This document shows positions 29,676 to 39,895 of a stretch of DNA of 64,000 nt, one piece after another. This DNA comes from an uncultured Gammaproteobacteria bacterium (GTDB taxonomy: Bacteria > Patescibacteriota > Microgenomatia > Levybacterales > GWA1-39-11), in contig CAZEEU010000004.1 in assembly GCA_964511305.1 (NCBI GenBank), positions 4,093 to 68,092 of the forward strand, written 5' to 3'. Position numbers and translations under genes: made by a program. A model generated the notes under the pieces. That model had not been told where the DNA came from. It did no database searches and saw only the letters and a program-made list of their open reading frames with translations. Positions within the stretch are counted from its first letter, which is position 1. Every line of letters starts with the position of its first letter.

Positions 29676-30383
29676 ATGGAAGAAGCAACAGTCGAGACGC
29701 CAAAGGAGAACACTCTCCCAAAGCCTCAACCTATGATCGTCAAAAAGAATAACAACGCACCACTCGTTGGCGCAATTATTTTTTTAGCACTCGTTATTGG
29801 GGCTGCAGCGGTCTATCTTGGAACTCAGAAAAATAATGAGATAGCTGTTGCTATACCTACAACGCCAACTCCAACGATTGCCACTCAAAATACTCCATCC
29901 TCACCGCCATCCGCCTCGCCTGTCCAAGACATTACCTTGAAGTGGGAAAGCGCAAATATCCCAAAGCTAAAAGATTCTTCATTCTATTCTTTTAACATAA
30001 AGCATCCTGCAGACTGGGTAGCAAAAGAATCTAAAAATGAAGTTTCGCAAACTTTAACGATCACCAAGGGTAAAAATGAAATTAAAATCTACCAAGCACC
30101 AATGGGAGGCGGGGGATGTATTTTTGAAGGTGATGTGCCTGAGGGACCTTTCAGTGATTACAGAAATGCAAGCCACGTTGATATCAAAGTGGGGAACTTA
30201 ACAATTAAAAGAGTTGAGGTTGGTAAAAATTCATATGCTTTCTGCGGCAATAGCACAAATTCTATTTCTACATTCGGTGTACCTACACTATTTGGTGTAA
30301 TAAGCTATGAAGTAGAAAGCTCTACTGCTGAAATTCTAGCGGAAATGGATAAAATACTCTCAACGCTCAAAGCTCAAGAATAG
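29676..30383 (+). CDS. Membrane-anchored hypothetical protein
   Basis: TM, Pro/Thr linker and FNIKHPADW motif. Confidence 0.78.
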   Translation: MEEATVETPKENTLPKPQPMIVKKNNNAPLVGAIIFLALVIGAAAVYLGTQKNNEIAVAIPTTPTPTIATQNTPSSPPSASPVQDITLKWESANIPKLKDSSFYSFNIKHPADWVAKESKNEVSQTLTITKGKNEIKIYQAPMGGGGCIFEGDVPEGPFSDYRNASHVDIKVGNLTIKRVEVGKNSYAFCGNSTNSISTFGVPTLFGVISYEVESSTAEILAEMDKILSTLKAQE

Positions 30384-31128
30384 CTTTTAATGGAAAGTGG
30401 TCAGATACATCTACATCTGGCATCTCACTACTCACAACTCTTAAATTTTTTGTAACTAATATTTTATCAACGGACTCAGAAGCATACTCTGGATTGTCCT
30501 TGTGATTCATATTAAATGTTAAAGGAAGACTTCCACCAAATACATTATGAAGGTTCAATTTTTCCTCAATATCATGCATTACAGTTGTATCTGGCCTAAT
30601 ATTTGCGTCCCCAGCTATGATCACCGACTCCTTACCTGACAAGGTTTTTATAATTACGTCTTTCATTATCAATCGTTCTTTTGAATCACCCCCATGGTTA
30701 TTCCAAACTCCATGCCAACTATAGACAAAAAGCTCCTTTCCATTTGCATCAAGCTTTGTCTCAAGCATTCCTTCAGCAGCCAAACGAGGATCGGAATCGA
30801 CTCGAAAATCATATTTTGTAAAGGGAAGATCAAAAAGAACTGTATTTGAGGATAGAATCGGAAATTTTGAAAATACAGCATTACCCCAGAGGACGTTAAC
30901 ACCAGTATCTAAGACTGTTGCACCAAATGCGCTATGTGGGAGAAAATCACCAAACTCTTTTGAAAATTCCTCCATCGTCCTAAATCTTTTTTCAAGATTT
31001 TGATCGTGACCGTCATATACTTCCTGGATTGCAAGAATATCCGGCTTTTCTTCACTAATGAATTTGGTCATATTGTCCCAAATTTTGCCTCCAAACCAAA
31101 TATTTAGTGTCACAAATTTTATGATCAT
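30367..31128 (-). CDS. Endonuclease/exonuclease/phosphatase family
   Basis: TLNI, DILAIQEV, AGDAN and SDHFP motifs. Confidence 0.9.
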   Translation of the reverse strand: MIIKFVTLNIWFGGKIWDNMTKFISEEKPDILAIQEVYDGHDQNLEKRFRTMEEFSKEFGDFLPHSAFGATVLDTGVNVLWGNAVFSKFPILSSNTVLFDLPFTKYDFRVDSDPRLAAEGMLETKLDANGKELFVYSWHGVWNNHGGDSKERLIMKDVIIKTLSGKESVIIAGDANIRPDTTVMHDIEEKLNLHNVFGGSLPLTFNMNHKDNPEYASESVDKILVTKNLRVVSSEMPDVDVSDHFPLKAILEL

Positions 31129-31898
31129 ATCGATTCAAATGTTGCAGTAAGCGGAAAATGATCCGAAACATCAGCATCAAGACACTCTTTCTCGATAATC
31201 TTGATTCCTTTTCCTGTAAATATCATATCAACTGCGGCCGTAGCATATCCAGGATTGTTTTTGTATTTCATATTAAATGTTGAAATAAGGGTTTCTCCAA
31301 ATATATTTTCTACTCCTGCATCCTCAAGTATTTGTACAGTTTTTTTCGCATCCATAGTAAAGTTGGTATCTCCTGCAAGGATAACATTGGTTTTTCCTTT
31401 AATTTTTGAGGCAATTCTTTTTGCCATTTCAATTCTGGTAGCACTATCAAGCCCATCCCTCCCCCAAACACCATGTATGTTGTAGACATAAAGCTTTTGA
31501 TTATCAACGATTAGCTCTAAGTTCTGCGTTATTGCAGGGTGAATTGAATAGTCAGCAGTGCCCTTTTCATCAACTATGGTATATGGCACGCTTAACTCAG
31601 TTTTTGTATTACTTTTTATTTCAAATTTGCTGTAGATACAATTACCATGCTCTGCACCCTCATCAATTTCAGTAATAAAAAAGCAAGAGCTCTGGAAAGC
31701 CTTAAAGGGTAATTTCTCTTTAAAGATACTGCCGAATTCACTAAAAGCCCTAAATCTTTGTTCTCGATCTTGTAAATTACTGTCATAAACTTCTTGGAAC
31801 AGAACTATATCTGGGTCTTGTTCTTCAATAAGCCTCACGATATTGTCAAAAAGCTTTCCACCATGCTCAATGTTAAGGGTTAGAAGTTTTATGCGCAT
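31125..31898 (-). CDS. Endonuclease/exonuclease/phosphatase family (paralog)
   Basis: TLNI, DIVLFQEV, AGDTN and SDHFP motifs. Confidence 0.9.
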   Translation of the reverse strand: MRIKLLTLNIEHGGKLFDNIVRLIEEQDPDIVLFQEVYDSNLQDREQRFRAFSEFGSIFKEKLPFKAFQSSCFFITEIDEGAEHGNCIYSKFEIKSNTKTELSVPYTIVDEKGTADYSIHPAITQNLELIVDNQKLYVYNIHGVWGRDGLDSATRIEMAKRIASKIKGKTNVILAGDTNFTMDAKKTVQILEDAGVENIFGETLISTFNMKYKNNPGYATAAVDMIFTGKGIKIIEKECLDADVSDHFPLTATFESI

Positions 31899-31912
31899 GT
31901 TCGATGTTGCAG

Positions 31913-32030
31913 TATGAAGCAGAGCTTCTAGCATACGGTATGAATCTCCTTTCAGGCGGTTTTACCGCTATGAATTTTTCTTCAATCGATTTTATCGATA
32001 TGAAGCGAAGCTTCTACCTTACGGTATAAT
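31913..32030. repeat. Four degenerate 26-30-bp units ending at the truB -10 box
   Basis: TATGAA at 31913, 31939, 31969 and 31999; TATAAT at 32025. Confidence 0.7.
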
Positions 32031-32039
32031 ACACGATAT

Positions 32040-32669
32040 ATGGAAGGTGTATTTGCTGTCAACAAACCTAAAGGTATCACTTCTCACGATGTCGTGAATG
32101 CAGTTAGGCGCAAAACAGGCATAAGACGCGTTGGTCATGGAGGAACTCTTGATCCTATGGCAGAAGGAGTCTTGGTTATTGCTGTTGGGCGTGAAAATAC
32201 CCGACTGTTAGACCAGTATGTTAAGGGTGAAAAGGAATATATTGCTGGTATCTTTTTAGGTGCTCAAAGTGACACATATGATGCAGAAGGAGTAATCGAA
32301 AATGTAAATACAAATATTAAGCCTTCAAAGGATGAAATACTTGAAGTGATCAAATTATTTGTTGGTAAAATTGAGCAAATTCCACCCATTTATTCCTCCG
32401 TGAAAATATCGGGAAAACCCGCACATAGACGGGTAAGGGCCGGTCAAGAAGTTACACTTGAAGCACGAAGTGTTGAAATAATGAATATCACCCTACTTTC
32501 GTATGAATATCCACATTTGAAACTCAAGGTGGCAACGGGGCCTGGCGTATATATACGCTCACTCGCCTACGATATAGGCAGAATTCTTGGCACAGGAGCT
32601 TATCTTGAAAGTCTTGTACGAACAAAAGTAGGGAATTTCACAATTGAACAGGCAATTGAACTTGAATAA
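32040..32669 (+). CDS. truB: tRNA pseudouridine-55 synthase
   Basis: KPKGITSHD, GHGGTLDPMAEGVL and YIRSLA motifs. Confidence 0.97.
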   Translation: MEGVFAVNKPKGITSHDVVNAVRRKTGIRRVGHGGTLDPMAEGVLVIAVGRENTRLLDQYVKGEKEYIAGIFLGAQSDTYDAEGVIENVNTNIKPSKDEILEVIKLFVGKIEQIPPIYSSVKISGKPAHRRVRAGQEVTLEARSVEIMNITLLSYEYPHLKLKVATGPGVYIRSLAYDIGRILGTGAYLESLVRTKVGNFTIEQAIELE

Positions 32670-32688
32670 GAGCCAGTTCACTATCTAA

Positions 32689-34530
32689 CTAATGCGTGAA
32701 ATCGTAACTCATTGCTTTCTTTTGATAAGGGAAAAATATAACTTCATCTGTCTCAGGGTCTATTCTGCAAAATATTCTGACAGGTCCTCTTTTAATTTTA
32801 TAGTACTCTATTCCATTAATTGTTTCTTTTATCCAAACTCTTCGTATTGACTCAGGCATCTGCAAAAACCAATCGATCGCCCGCACTATGCTAGTCGATT
32901 TAATTGAAAAAGCTTCATTATTGGCTTGAAAAAGCATGTCGAGACATCTTGTTTTTTCATCTAAATTGTCGCCAACAATTTCATTTCGCCTTGCATCATT
33001 GTAGTCGTGGGCAACATATATTTTTCTACCACTAAAGCTTTCGCTATTTACTTGATCTCCTACCTTTTGCGTTTCTTCTTCAATCTCTTTTATTTCCTGT
33101 TCGTCTTTTGTGGGCGCCTGTGGAGCTTGGGGAATGTCTTTCTTAACTTGGCCAGAGTCCAACGTTAGCAATAGGTCTTGATGTGTTTCCAACCATTTGC
33201 GATGTGTCTTAAGTATGTCTTTTGCGAGAGGGGTTTTCTGATTTGCTTCATCCATTGAAAAATACTTACTAAATAATCTCGCAATTTCGAAAAGAACCTC
33301 ATTCGGATTCTGTGCTGAAGATGCCAACTCTTGCAAGTACCCAACTTCACTAGTGTCTAGATGTCCTAATACGGAACCTAGTTCGAATTTAACCAACTTA
33401 TAGCGTCCTTTATCATTTTTCTTTAATTCATATAATTCTGCGTCACTTCTTTCTCTACTGAACCAATCAATAACCTCTTTAAGACTAACCATATCAACTG
33501 CCCTCTTGGCGTCCTTTAGCTTTTCTTCTAGCCATAAGGACACTGCTTCATCGCTATAGCCAAATTTATCCAAGTATTCTTGAACAACACTTGCTGTCAG
33601 GTCATTATAGGCTTTATCATCCCTCGCAGTCTCATCAGATATCCGTAAAAACAATGCTGTACGCACCAGTGATGTACTATTTTCCCCAAGGGATCGTCTA
33701 GTTTTTTCAAAGTAATCCATGTGCTTAGCATGTTTTGTTTTGTAGCGGTCATCAATTGTGTCAAACTTTCTCGCGAAAGCATGGACAAGATCTTTTGAAA
33801 GATCGAATTCTTTCTCATCCTCAGATAATTCTCTTTCTACAATTTCACTTGCTGGTAGATGCTCACCAAGCTCAAAGAACCAATTTGGATAATTTCCTTC
33901 AATTGTATTTGCTCTCTGAACGCCCGGTGGGTATGTTCTGCCCTTGTCACCATAAATCAGCGTATCAAAAGTTCCATTCTCAGAAAGAAATTTAGTCCAG
34001 TCAGCCCTATTTCCAGTAAACCATGCGGGAATATTTTTAACGTGCTTTTGTGCCCACTCACCTTGCAGTCCTGAGTTGGCTTCCATAAGCATTCTTCGAT
34101 TGAATTCTTCACTTGAATCATGGCGCCCAAAGACTCTGTCATTGTTATATGCAACCATTGTCTTAAATAAGTCTACAAAGTCTGTGTCTCCCACAGAATC
34201 TTGGAACTTTTCCCTCAGAATTATATAAGCTCTTCCTACATTTATTGATGAAGCAAGATCAATAGATCTACCCAAACTTACCTGAATTGCGTCATTCGTT
34301 CGTTCCATTGATTCAATACTAGCTTCGCTAAAAGCATACAGTGCACTAACAGCATTTCTATGATTTCGTACGAAGGTTGTATATAGAGGAAGCTCGTTAC
34401 TGAGGGAAGCTCTGTCTCTTTCAACTAAATATTGAAAAACGGTGCTTGTATTAATTGGTCTTAGAGGTTCTTGATCTGGATTTATCGGTTGTGAGGGTCG
34501 ATTAACAATTTCGTTTGTGGGCATAACCAT
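32689..34530 (-). CDS. Large hypothetical protein with a RelE/ParE-like C-terminus
   Basis: 613 aa; C-terminal YYKIKRGPVRIFCRID. Confidence 0.6.
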   Translation of the reverse strand: MVMPTNEIVNRPSQPINPDQEPLRPINTSTVFQYLVERDRASLSNELPLYTTFVRNHRNAVSALYAFSEASIESMERTNDAIQVSLGRSIDLASSINVGRAYIILREKFQDSVGDTDFVDLFKTMVAYNNDRVFGRHDSSEEFNRRMLMEANSGLQGEWAQKHVKNIPAWFTGNRADWTKFLSENGTFDTLIYGDKGRTYPPGVQRANTIEGNYPNWFFELGEHLPASEIVERELSEDEKEFDLSKDLVHAFARKFDTIDDRYKTKHAKHMDYFEKTRRSLGENSTSLVRTALFLRISDETARDDKAYNDLTASVVQEYLDKFGYSDEAVSLWLEEKLKDAKRAVDMVSLKEVIDWFSRERSDAELYELKKNDKGRYKLVKFELGSVLGHLDTSEVGYLQELASSAQNPNEVLFEIARLFSKYFSMDEANQKTPLAKDILKTHRKWLETHQDLLLTLDSGQVKKDIPQAPQAPTKDEQEIKEIEEETQKVGDQVNSESFSGRKIYVAHDYNDARRNEIVGDNLDEKTRCLDMLFQANNEAFSIKSTSIVRAIDWFLQMPESIRRVWIKETINGIEYYKIKRGPVRIFCRIDPETDEVIFFPYQKKAMSYDFTH

Positions 34531-34563
34531 CTTTCCTCGTCTGCACCGTAAAAATAGTTATAG

Positions 34564-35025
34564 CTATTTTTCGTCTGCGCCGTAAAGGTGAGGGGTGTCA
34601 GTTCTTTCCCAAGTGAAAAGATCTGAGTCTGCAAAAATTATTCCGATCTCTTTATCTGCTGCTTCTTTTGATTCTGAAGCATGAATTAAATTCATTTGAG
34701 TACTTATCGCGTAGTCTCCTCTGATTGTTCCTGGCTCTGCTTGTCGTGCCTGGGTAATACCGATCATTTTTCTAACAACCGATGCAGCTTCTACACCTTC
34801 CCAAGCCATTGCAACTATTGGATATGAAGTCATAAAACTTTTAAGTGCAGGGAAGAAAGATCGTTCTTTGTGATGAGCGTACCATTCATCAATAATCTCA
34901 TCGGTCATGTTCATCATTTTAAGAGCACAAAGCTTAAGGCCCTTATTTTCAAATCTTGCGATGATTTCACCAATAAGCCCTCTTTGGACTCCATCTGGTT
35001 TAACTAATACGACTGTTTTTTCCAT
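34564..35025 (-). CDS. ndk: Nucleoside diphosphate kinase
   Basis: KPDGVQRGL, PGTIRGD and NLIHAS motifs. Confidence 0.97.
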   Translation of the reverse strand: MEKTVVLVKPDGVQRGLIGEIIARFENKGLKLCALKMMNMTDEIIDEWYAHHKERSFFPALKSFMTSYPIVAMAWEGVEAASVVRKMIGITQARQAEPGTIRGDYAISTQMNLIHASESKEAADKEIGIIFADSDLFTWERTDTPHLYGADEK

Positions 35026-35069
35026 ATTTGTAATTCTACTAAGACGTAGCTTAAAAAGCAATAAAAGAA

Positions 35070-36416
35070 CTATGCTGCAGTTATGTCAACTCTTGCCCAA
35101 TAGTGTAATTGTTTATTGTCTTCAACTACCTTCACAACGCCTTCATCTTGAAGAACCTCCATATATTTTCGTGCAGTAAGCCTACCAACATGTATTCCTT
35201 GCTCCTCAAGCATAATGAGAATATCTCTGTTCGATAACGGCGTCTCGGATCTAAAAATCATATCTCTTAGTGCCTCTATAACGTCGTCTCCGTCTGGAGG
35301 ATTTGCGCTAGGAGAAAATCTTCGTGCTTTTGCTAAAAGAGCTCTTACTGCGTGTGGGTCAGAGAAAATTTCTCTTGCATACCGCTTGCCACGAGACATT
35401 ACTTCCGGATCTCTTCTTTGAAAAGCTTCAAGATCGGTTATAACTGGAGATATTAATTCTCTTTGCTGCTCATTTAGATAGGCACGAGATTGATCTTCTT
35501 TATGAAAACCTATGCTCTGAAGGTAATTTCCTTTTTCCAAATATTTTAAGATTCCTGCAATTTTCCCCTTTATATCTGCCTCCTTCTCCCGATGAGGAAA
35601 TGCCTTCAAAACCTCGTTTGGAGTAATAGCAGATAGACTACCGCTTTTTATTAGCAAGTAAACTTCCTTTGTTAAAGTTACATTTTCACCAAATGAGCGT
35701 GGAAAAGTCTCAGGAAAAACTTCTGCCGGAATATATGAGGCAAATCCTTTTCGATCGCCTACCTCATAGGTAATTATTCCCGCACGTGAAAGATTTAATA
35801 AGTCTTCGGCTAACTTCTCATCTCCTTGATTCGCTACTAAATCAGTCCACCGTCTCGGGGTGTCTGCATGAACCAGACTCCGAAGAATCTTATATTGCCT
35901 TCCGGGTGTTCGGCTTCGAACACTCATTTCAACTCCGTTTGAGTTTATTATTTCCGTTCTTACAGAGCTTGATTTTGTACTTCCGAAGCCATAATAAAGA
36001 GGAATTCCGGATTCCATGGAAAAATTGAGCAACAACCCGGACAACGCCACTCCTTCCTGACCTCCTGTCGGGGTTAGGGAGTATCCATACAAGTTATCTT
36101 GTGAATCAACTACTTTTTGAGCAACCAATCCCACATCTTCAAAGGAAGGGCAGCAATACCCCCATAGAATGCTCTTTCGTATGTCCCACGTTTCATTAGC
36201 TACTTCACCTACAGGCACTTTCTGCGCTTGCCTCATTATTTGCCTTAAATCAGAACGAGAAAAAACCATGTCAGGCCGAGTTGACATTCCTGCCATGAGT
36301 AAAGCTTTCGACTCGCTGTTGCCAACAGCAGCTAAATATCCACCCATCTCCAAATCAGACATTCTTTCTCGCGGGGCATGTTCTACATTACCTATACCTG
36401 CTTCAAATGGATTCAT
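35070..36416 (-). CDS. Hypothetical protein with several winged-helix-like segments
   Basis: Recurring HTH-wing patterns (L..L...G.I/V). Confidence 0.6.
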   Translation of the reverse strand: MNPFEAGIGNVEHAPRERMSDLEMGGYLAAVGNSESKALLMAGMSTRPDMVFSRSDLRQIMRQAQKVPVGEVANETWDIRKSILWGYCCPSFEDVGLVAQKVVDSQDNLYGYSLTPTGGQEGVALSGLLLNFSMESGIPLYYGFGSTKSSSVRTEIINSNGVEMSVRSRTPGRQYKILRSLVHADTPRRWTDLVANQGDEKLAEDLLNLSRAGIITYEVGDRKGFASYIPAEVFPETFPRSFGENVTLTKEVYLLIKSGSLSAITPNEVLKAFPHREKEADIKGKIAGILKYLEKGNYLQSIGFHKEDQSRAYLNEQQRELISPVITDLEAFQRRDPEVMSRGKRYAREIFSDPHAVRALLAKARRFSPSANPPDGDDVIEALRDMIFRSETPLSNRDILIMLEEQGIHVGRLTARKYMEVLQDEGVVKVVEDNKQLHYWARVDITAA

Positions 36417-36486
36417 GTGGATATTATACCAAATTCACTATGGGATAGTAATAGTGGAGCTAGACAAGGTTTGCTATACTAGCATC

Positions 36487-37137
36487 ATGAGCGAAGGAGG
36501 GGAAATTGATTACAATCAAAGGGTTGATGCAGAAGCAGCCCGCATAACTGAGGTTATGCGAGCAATAGAAGGAAGAGTTAGGGGAATGAAAGAGCAAGGG
36601 ATACAAGTTCCTGCTGATGAACCTACAAAATTTGCACGATTAGATCAAAAAGCATCACCAGAACAACGAAAAATTGCGAGAAGCGCAATAGATACTCTTA
36701 TTAAAGTCACTACAATAAAAGCGCAGAAAGAAGATGTACTCGCAGAAGAAGGCGACTACAAATTTACTTACAATCAAGGTGGAATAGATGTAGAAGTACG
36801 TATACCTAACTACCAGGACGACCATATCGATGCTCCTTCAGAAAAACTAAGCTTACGTCTTGATACATGGGGGAGAAACGATGTGAAAATCGATTTTGAC
36901 TCAAGAGATAAAGGAGTATTCCAGTTGGGAATAGTTTTTGCAGAACCTGATGGTGAAGATCTAATAAATGTTCTGCCCTACAACTCAGGCGAGGTCAACA
37001 TAGGGGACATGCGTGTTGATGAGGCAGATTTAATTCAAAACTTTGCTACAGAGGTAGCAGATCTATTAGATCCTCAATATTCGTGTCATCCAATGACCGA
37101 ATTTTCTTCACCACCCACTCGGATACCATTGAGCTAA
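36487..37137 (+). CDS. Hypothetical protein
   Basis: TATACT 6 nt before ATG 36487; the longer ORF overlaps the opposite-strand gene. Confidence 0.7.
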   Translation: MSEGGEIDYNQRVDAEAARITEVMRAIEGRVRGMKEQGIQVPADEPTKFARLDQKASPEQRKIARSAIDTLIKVTTIKAQKEDVLAEEGDYKFTYNQGGIDVEVRIPNYQDDHIDAPSEKLSLRLDTWGRNDVKIDFDSRDKGVFQLGIVFAEPDGEDLINVLPYNSGEVNIGDMRVDEADLIQNFATEVADLLDPQYSCHPMTEFSSPPTRIPLS

Positions 37138-38522
37138 GCTTCTGACACTGGAGGTTCCAGAGGAGCTTCTGAAGCAAATTCTTCCCGAACATCTGCTAGC
37201 TGAGCCTTGCCAACATTTTTTGCTCTAATTTTTTTTATTGCATCAAGAATTATCCCGCTCATTCTGTCATTTGCATAAATCTCATGTCCACCCCCCACCA
37301 TACTAATTGGTACCGTAGGGTAGTCTCCTCTTTCACGTGCCTTTTGAGTTATGGCAAGCTCTCTATCAATAAACTGTTTTGCTATGCCTGCTTCTTCGGG
37401 TGTCAAATCCTTTGCCCTAATTGGCCTCTTACCCTTTCTTGGTAGATCTTCTTCAGCTATTTGGATATCCTCACCCATTTCGGAAGCCTTCTTAACGCGT
37501 TCGGCTATTTCGGAAGCTCTTTCTGCCTGCTCAGCTAGATCAACTAAATATTCCGATATATTCGGCTTTTTAGTTTTTTCCGGTCTAATAAGTGATGGCT
37601 GCCCCCATCTATTGCCGCCTACTGACTTCTCAGCAATATTCTTCCATATTCTTTGAGAAGCGTTCAGTTCATCCGTATCCCCCTGAATAATTACTGCGGG
37701 AATTCCCCACTCATGAAGCCTTTGAAAATCATCATAAATATCTGCACCCCCCATTCCCACAACCTCACGAACAGTTCTTTCTATATTGTTCAACATGAAA
37801 TTTTTTGCCTGCTCCCCATAGATGGCTTCTTTCTCTTTCTGCTCATCACTAAAGTCTTTTGCCTTTTCATTTTCCTTGAGTCTTCGCCTCACAATCGAAA
37901 CTGCATTATCTTTGCCCCCCAAACCCATCGGACTTATTACAATAACGCCATCAACCCTTGTTCTTAAATGTGGCATATGCTTAAGCATTGAGACAATTCT
38001 TATTGTTGCCATTGAATGTCCAACAAGTTTTACTTTTTTCTGAGGCATTTTTTCAATAAATTGACCCAAAAGCTTGGCCTGTCTATTAAGCTCTCTTGAA
38101 TACCCATCTTCTCCTTTTACCCTTCTTCCCTTTCCTTCAAAATCAAGGGTTATCACGTGCTCTCCGCCAGCTACCACACCTGCCATTGTATCCCCTACGT
38201 CTTTTTGATCCCCAAAAGCACCAACCATTGATATCACTGGCTCATCATGATCAGAATTAGGAATTGCAGGTCGCATATCCCTATAAACGACTTTCCCATC
38301 AGGAAATACGATTTCTTGAAGTGGAAATTTTGCTCTTAATTTTTCTTGGATTTGTGTTTTTGCTTTAACAACCGTTGCAGGAGCACTACCTGCAGCCTCA
38401 ATAAATGGATAAGACTCATCTATTGGCTGCTGACCTCCGCTTGCCTCCGTCAACGGGAAAGAGTTGGATGTACCTGCATCTGACGCTTGTTCATGTGGCA
38501 TTTCTACACTTTCCTCAGGCAT
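37134..38522 (-). CDS. Alpha/beta-hydrolase fold protein
   Basis: LVGHSMA, IIQGDTD and GGGH motifs. Confidence 0.8.
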   Translation of the reverse strand: MPEESVEMPHEQASDAGTSNSFPLTEASGGQQPIDESYPFIEAAGSAPATVVKAKTQIQEKLRAKFPLQEIVFPDGKVVYRDMRPAIPNSDHDEPVISMVGAFGDQKDVGDTMAGVVAGGEHVITLDFEGKGRRVKGEDGYSRELNRQAKLLGQFIEKMPQKKVKLVGHSMATIRIVSMLKHMPHLRTRVDGVIVISPMGLGGKDNAVSIVRRRLKENEKAKDFSDEQKEKEAIYGEQAKNFMLNNIERTVREVVGMGGADIYDDFQRLHEWGIPAVIIQGDTDELNASQRIWKNIAEKSVGGNRWGQPSLIRPEKTKKPNISEYLVDLAEQAERASEIAERVKKASEMGEDIQIAEEDLPRKGKRPIRAKDLTPEEAGIAKQFIDRELAITQKARERGDYPTVPISMVGGGHEIYANDRMSGIILDAIKKIRAKNVGKAQLADVREEFASEAPLEPPVSEA

Positions 38523-38524
38523 AT

Positions 38525-39799
38525 CTACTTCAGAAGTTTTTCAAATCTGCTTGTATCTTCGTCGAAATTACCAATAATGGCAAGGCTCAATGCTTTTGTG
38601 TCCAGGTACTCTTTTGCAACCCTCTGGATGTCCTCAATTGTCACTTTATCAATCCTCTCAATGCTTGCTTTTGGATCTGTCAATTTTTCTTCCAAAATTT
38701 CTTGAGAAGCGTACATAACTGCAATATATCGCGTATCTTCAAGCCCCAGCACAAAATGTCCTTTCATATATTCTTTTGCCTTCTTTAGTTCTTCATCGTC
38801 AATTTCACCCTTCTGAGCAACCTTTACATATTCATCAACCGTCACTTTTATTGCCTCATCAACCCTCTTAGGATCAGATCCTATCCATGTTGCAAGGTAT
38901 CCAGCATCAAGATAGTGTTCTGAGCCAGTATTTGCGTAATATGACAATCCTCGACGTTCTCTTATTTCATAAAAAAGACGGGATGACATACCTCCTCCTA
39001 AGATTGATGCAAGAACACTTAGGGGGTATCTGTCTTTTTTGTTATCAAGACCTACTGTTCTGACACCAAGAGCAAAATGTGCCTGCTCTGTCTTTTTGTG
39101 TTTAACTCTAACTATTGGGTGTATCTGCTTTTCGTGCACTGGCAGGTAACTCTTAACCTTAAATCTGTCTACATCTCCAAAATGTTTCTCGATTTTCTTT
39201 AGCATGTCTTCGACATGGACATTTCCTGCAACTACAACTGTCATGTTATGGGCACTGTAGTGCTCTCCCATATACTGCACGAAGTCGTCTCGCTTCATAG
39301 AATTTATTATGTCCGGAGTTCCTGCGGTATCCCATCCAAGTGGGGTATCTCCGTAGAGAAGCATTTCATATACGTCCCCAATATTTCGCATTGGGTTGTC
39401 CTCACTTATACCAATCTCGCCCAAAATAGCGCCCTTTTCTTTTTCAATTTCAGAAGGATCCATGAGTAAATTCTTGAGCATGTCAGATAACACATCAAGA
39501 CAAAGCCCTACGTGCGTTGTTGCTGATTTTATGTAATATCCTGTATATTCTTTTCCGGTAAAAGCATTAAATTCTCCACCAATTCCATCAATAAGGCCAG
39601 AAATTTCTCGTGCTGAAGGTCTATTTGTTGTACCTTTGAAAGCCATGTGCTCCAAAAAATGAGATACACCATTATTTCTGTGCTCCTCGTACCTACTTCC
39701 AGCTCCATACATAACAAGCGTTGTAGCTGATTCAACGCCAAGAACTGGGACAATAATTACTCTAACGCCATTCGGGAGAATACTTCTGTGGTAATGCAT
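38525..39799 (-). CDS. M16 (pitrilysin-family) zinc peptidase
   Basis: HFLEHM, NAFT and SSRLF..IRE..GL.Y motifs. Confidence 0.95.
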   Translation of the reverse strand: MHYHRSILPNGVRVIIVPVLGVESATTLVMYGAGSRYEEHRNNGVSHFLEHMAFKGTTNRPSAREISGLIDGIGGEFNAFTGKEYTGYYIKSATTHVGLCLDVLSDMLKNLLMDPSEIEKEKGAILGEIGISEDNPMRNIGDVYEMLLYGDTPLGWDTAGTPDIINSMKRDDFVQYMGEHYSAHNMTVVVAGNVHVEDMLKKIEKHFGDVDRFKVKSYLPVHEKQIHPIVRVKHKKTEQAHFALGVRTVGLDNKKDRYPLSVLASILGGGMSSRLFYEIRERRGLSYYANTGSEHYLDAGYLATWIGSDPKRVDEAIKVTVDEYVKVAQKGEIDDEELKKAKEYMKGHFVLGLEDTRYIAVMYASQEILEEKLTDPKASIERIDKVTIEDIQRVAKEYLDTKALSLAIIGNFDEDTSRFEKLLK

Positions 39800-39895
39800 T
39801 TGGAGATAATTCTCTCACAGGATGCATGTGAGTGCAACCAAGCTTTCGCTCTTCTATTATTGATTTCAATATAAGACACACGATATAGTAAATTA

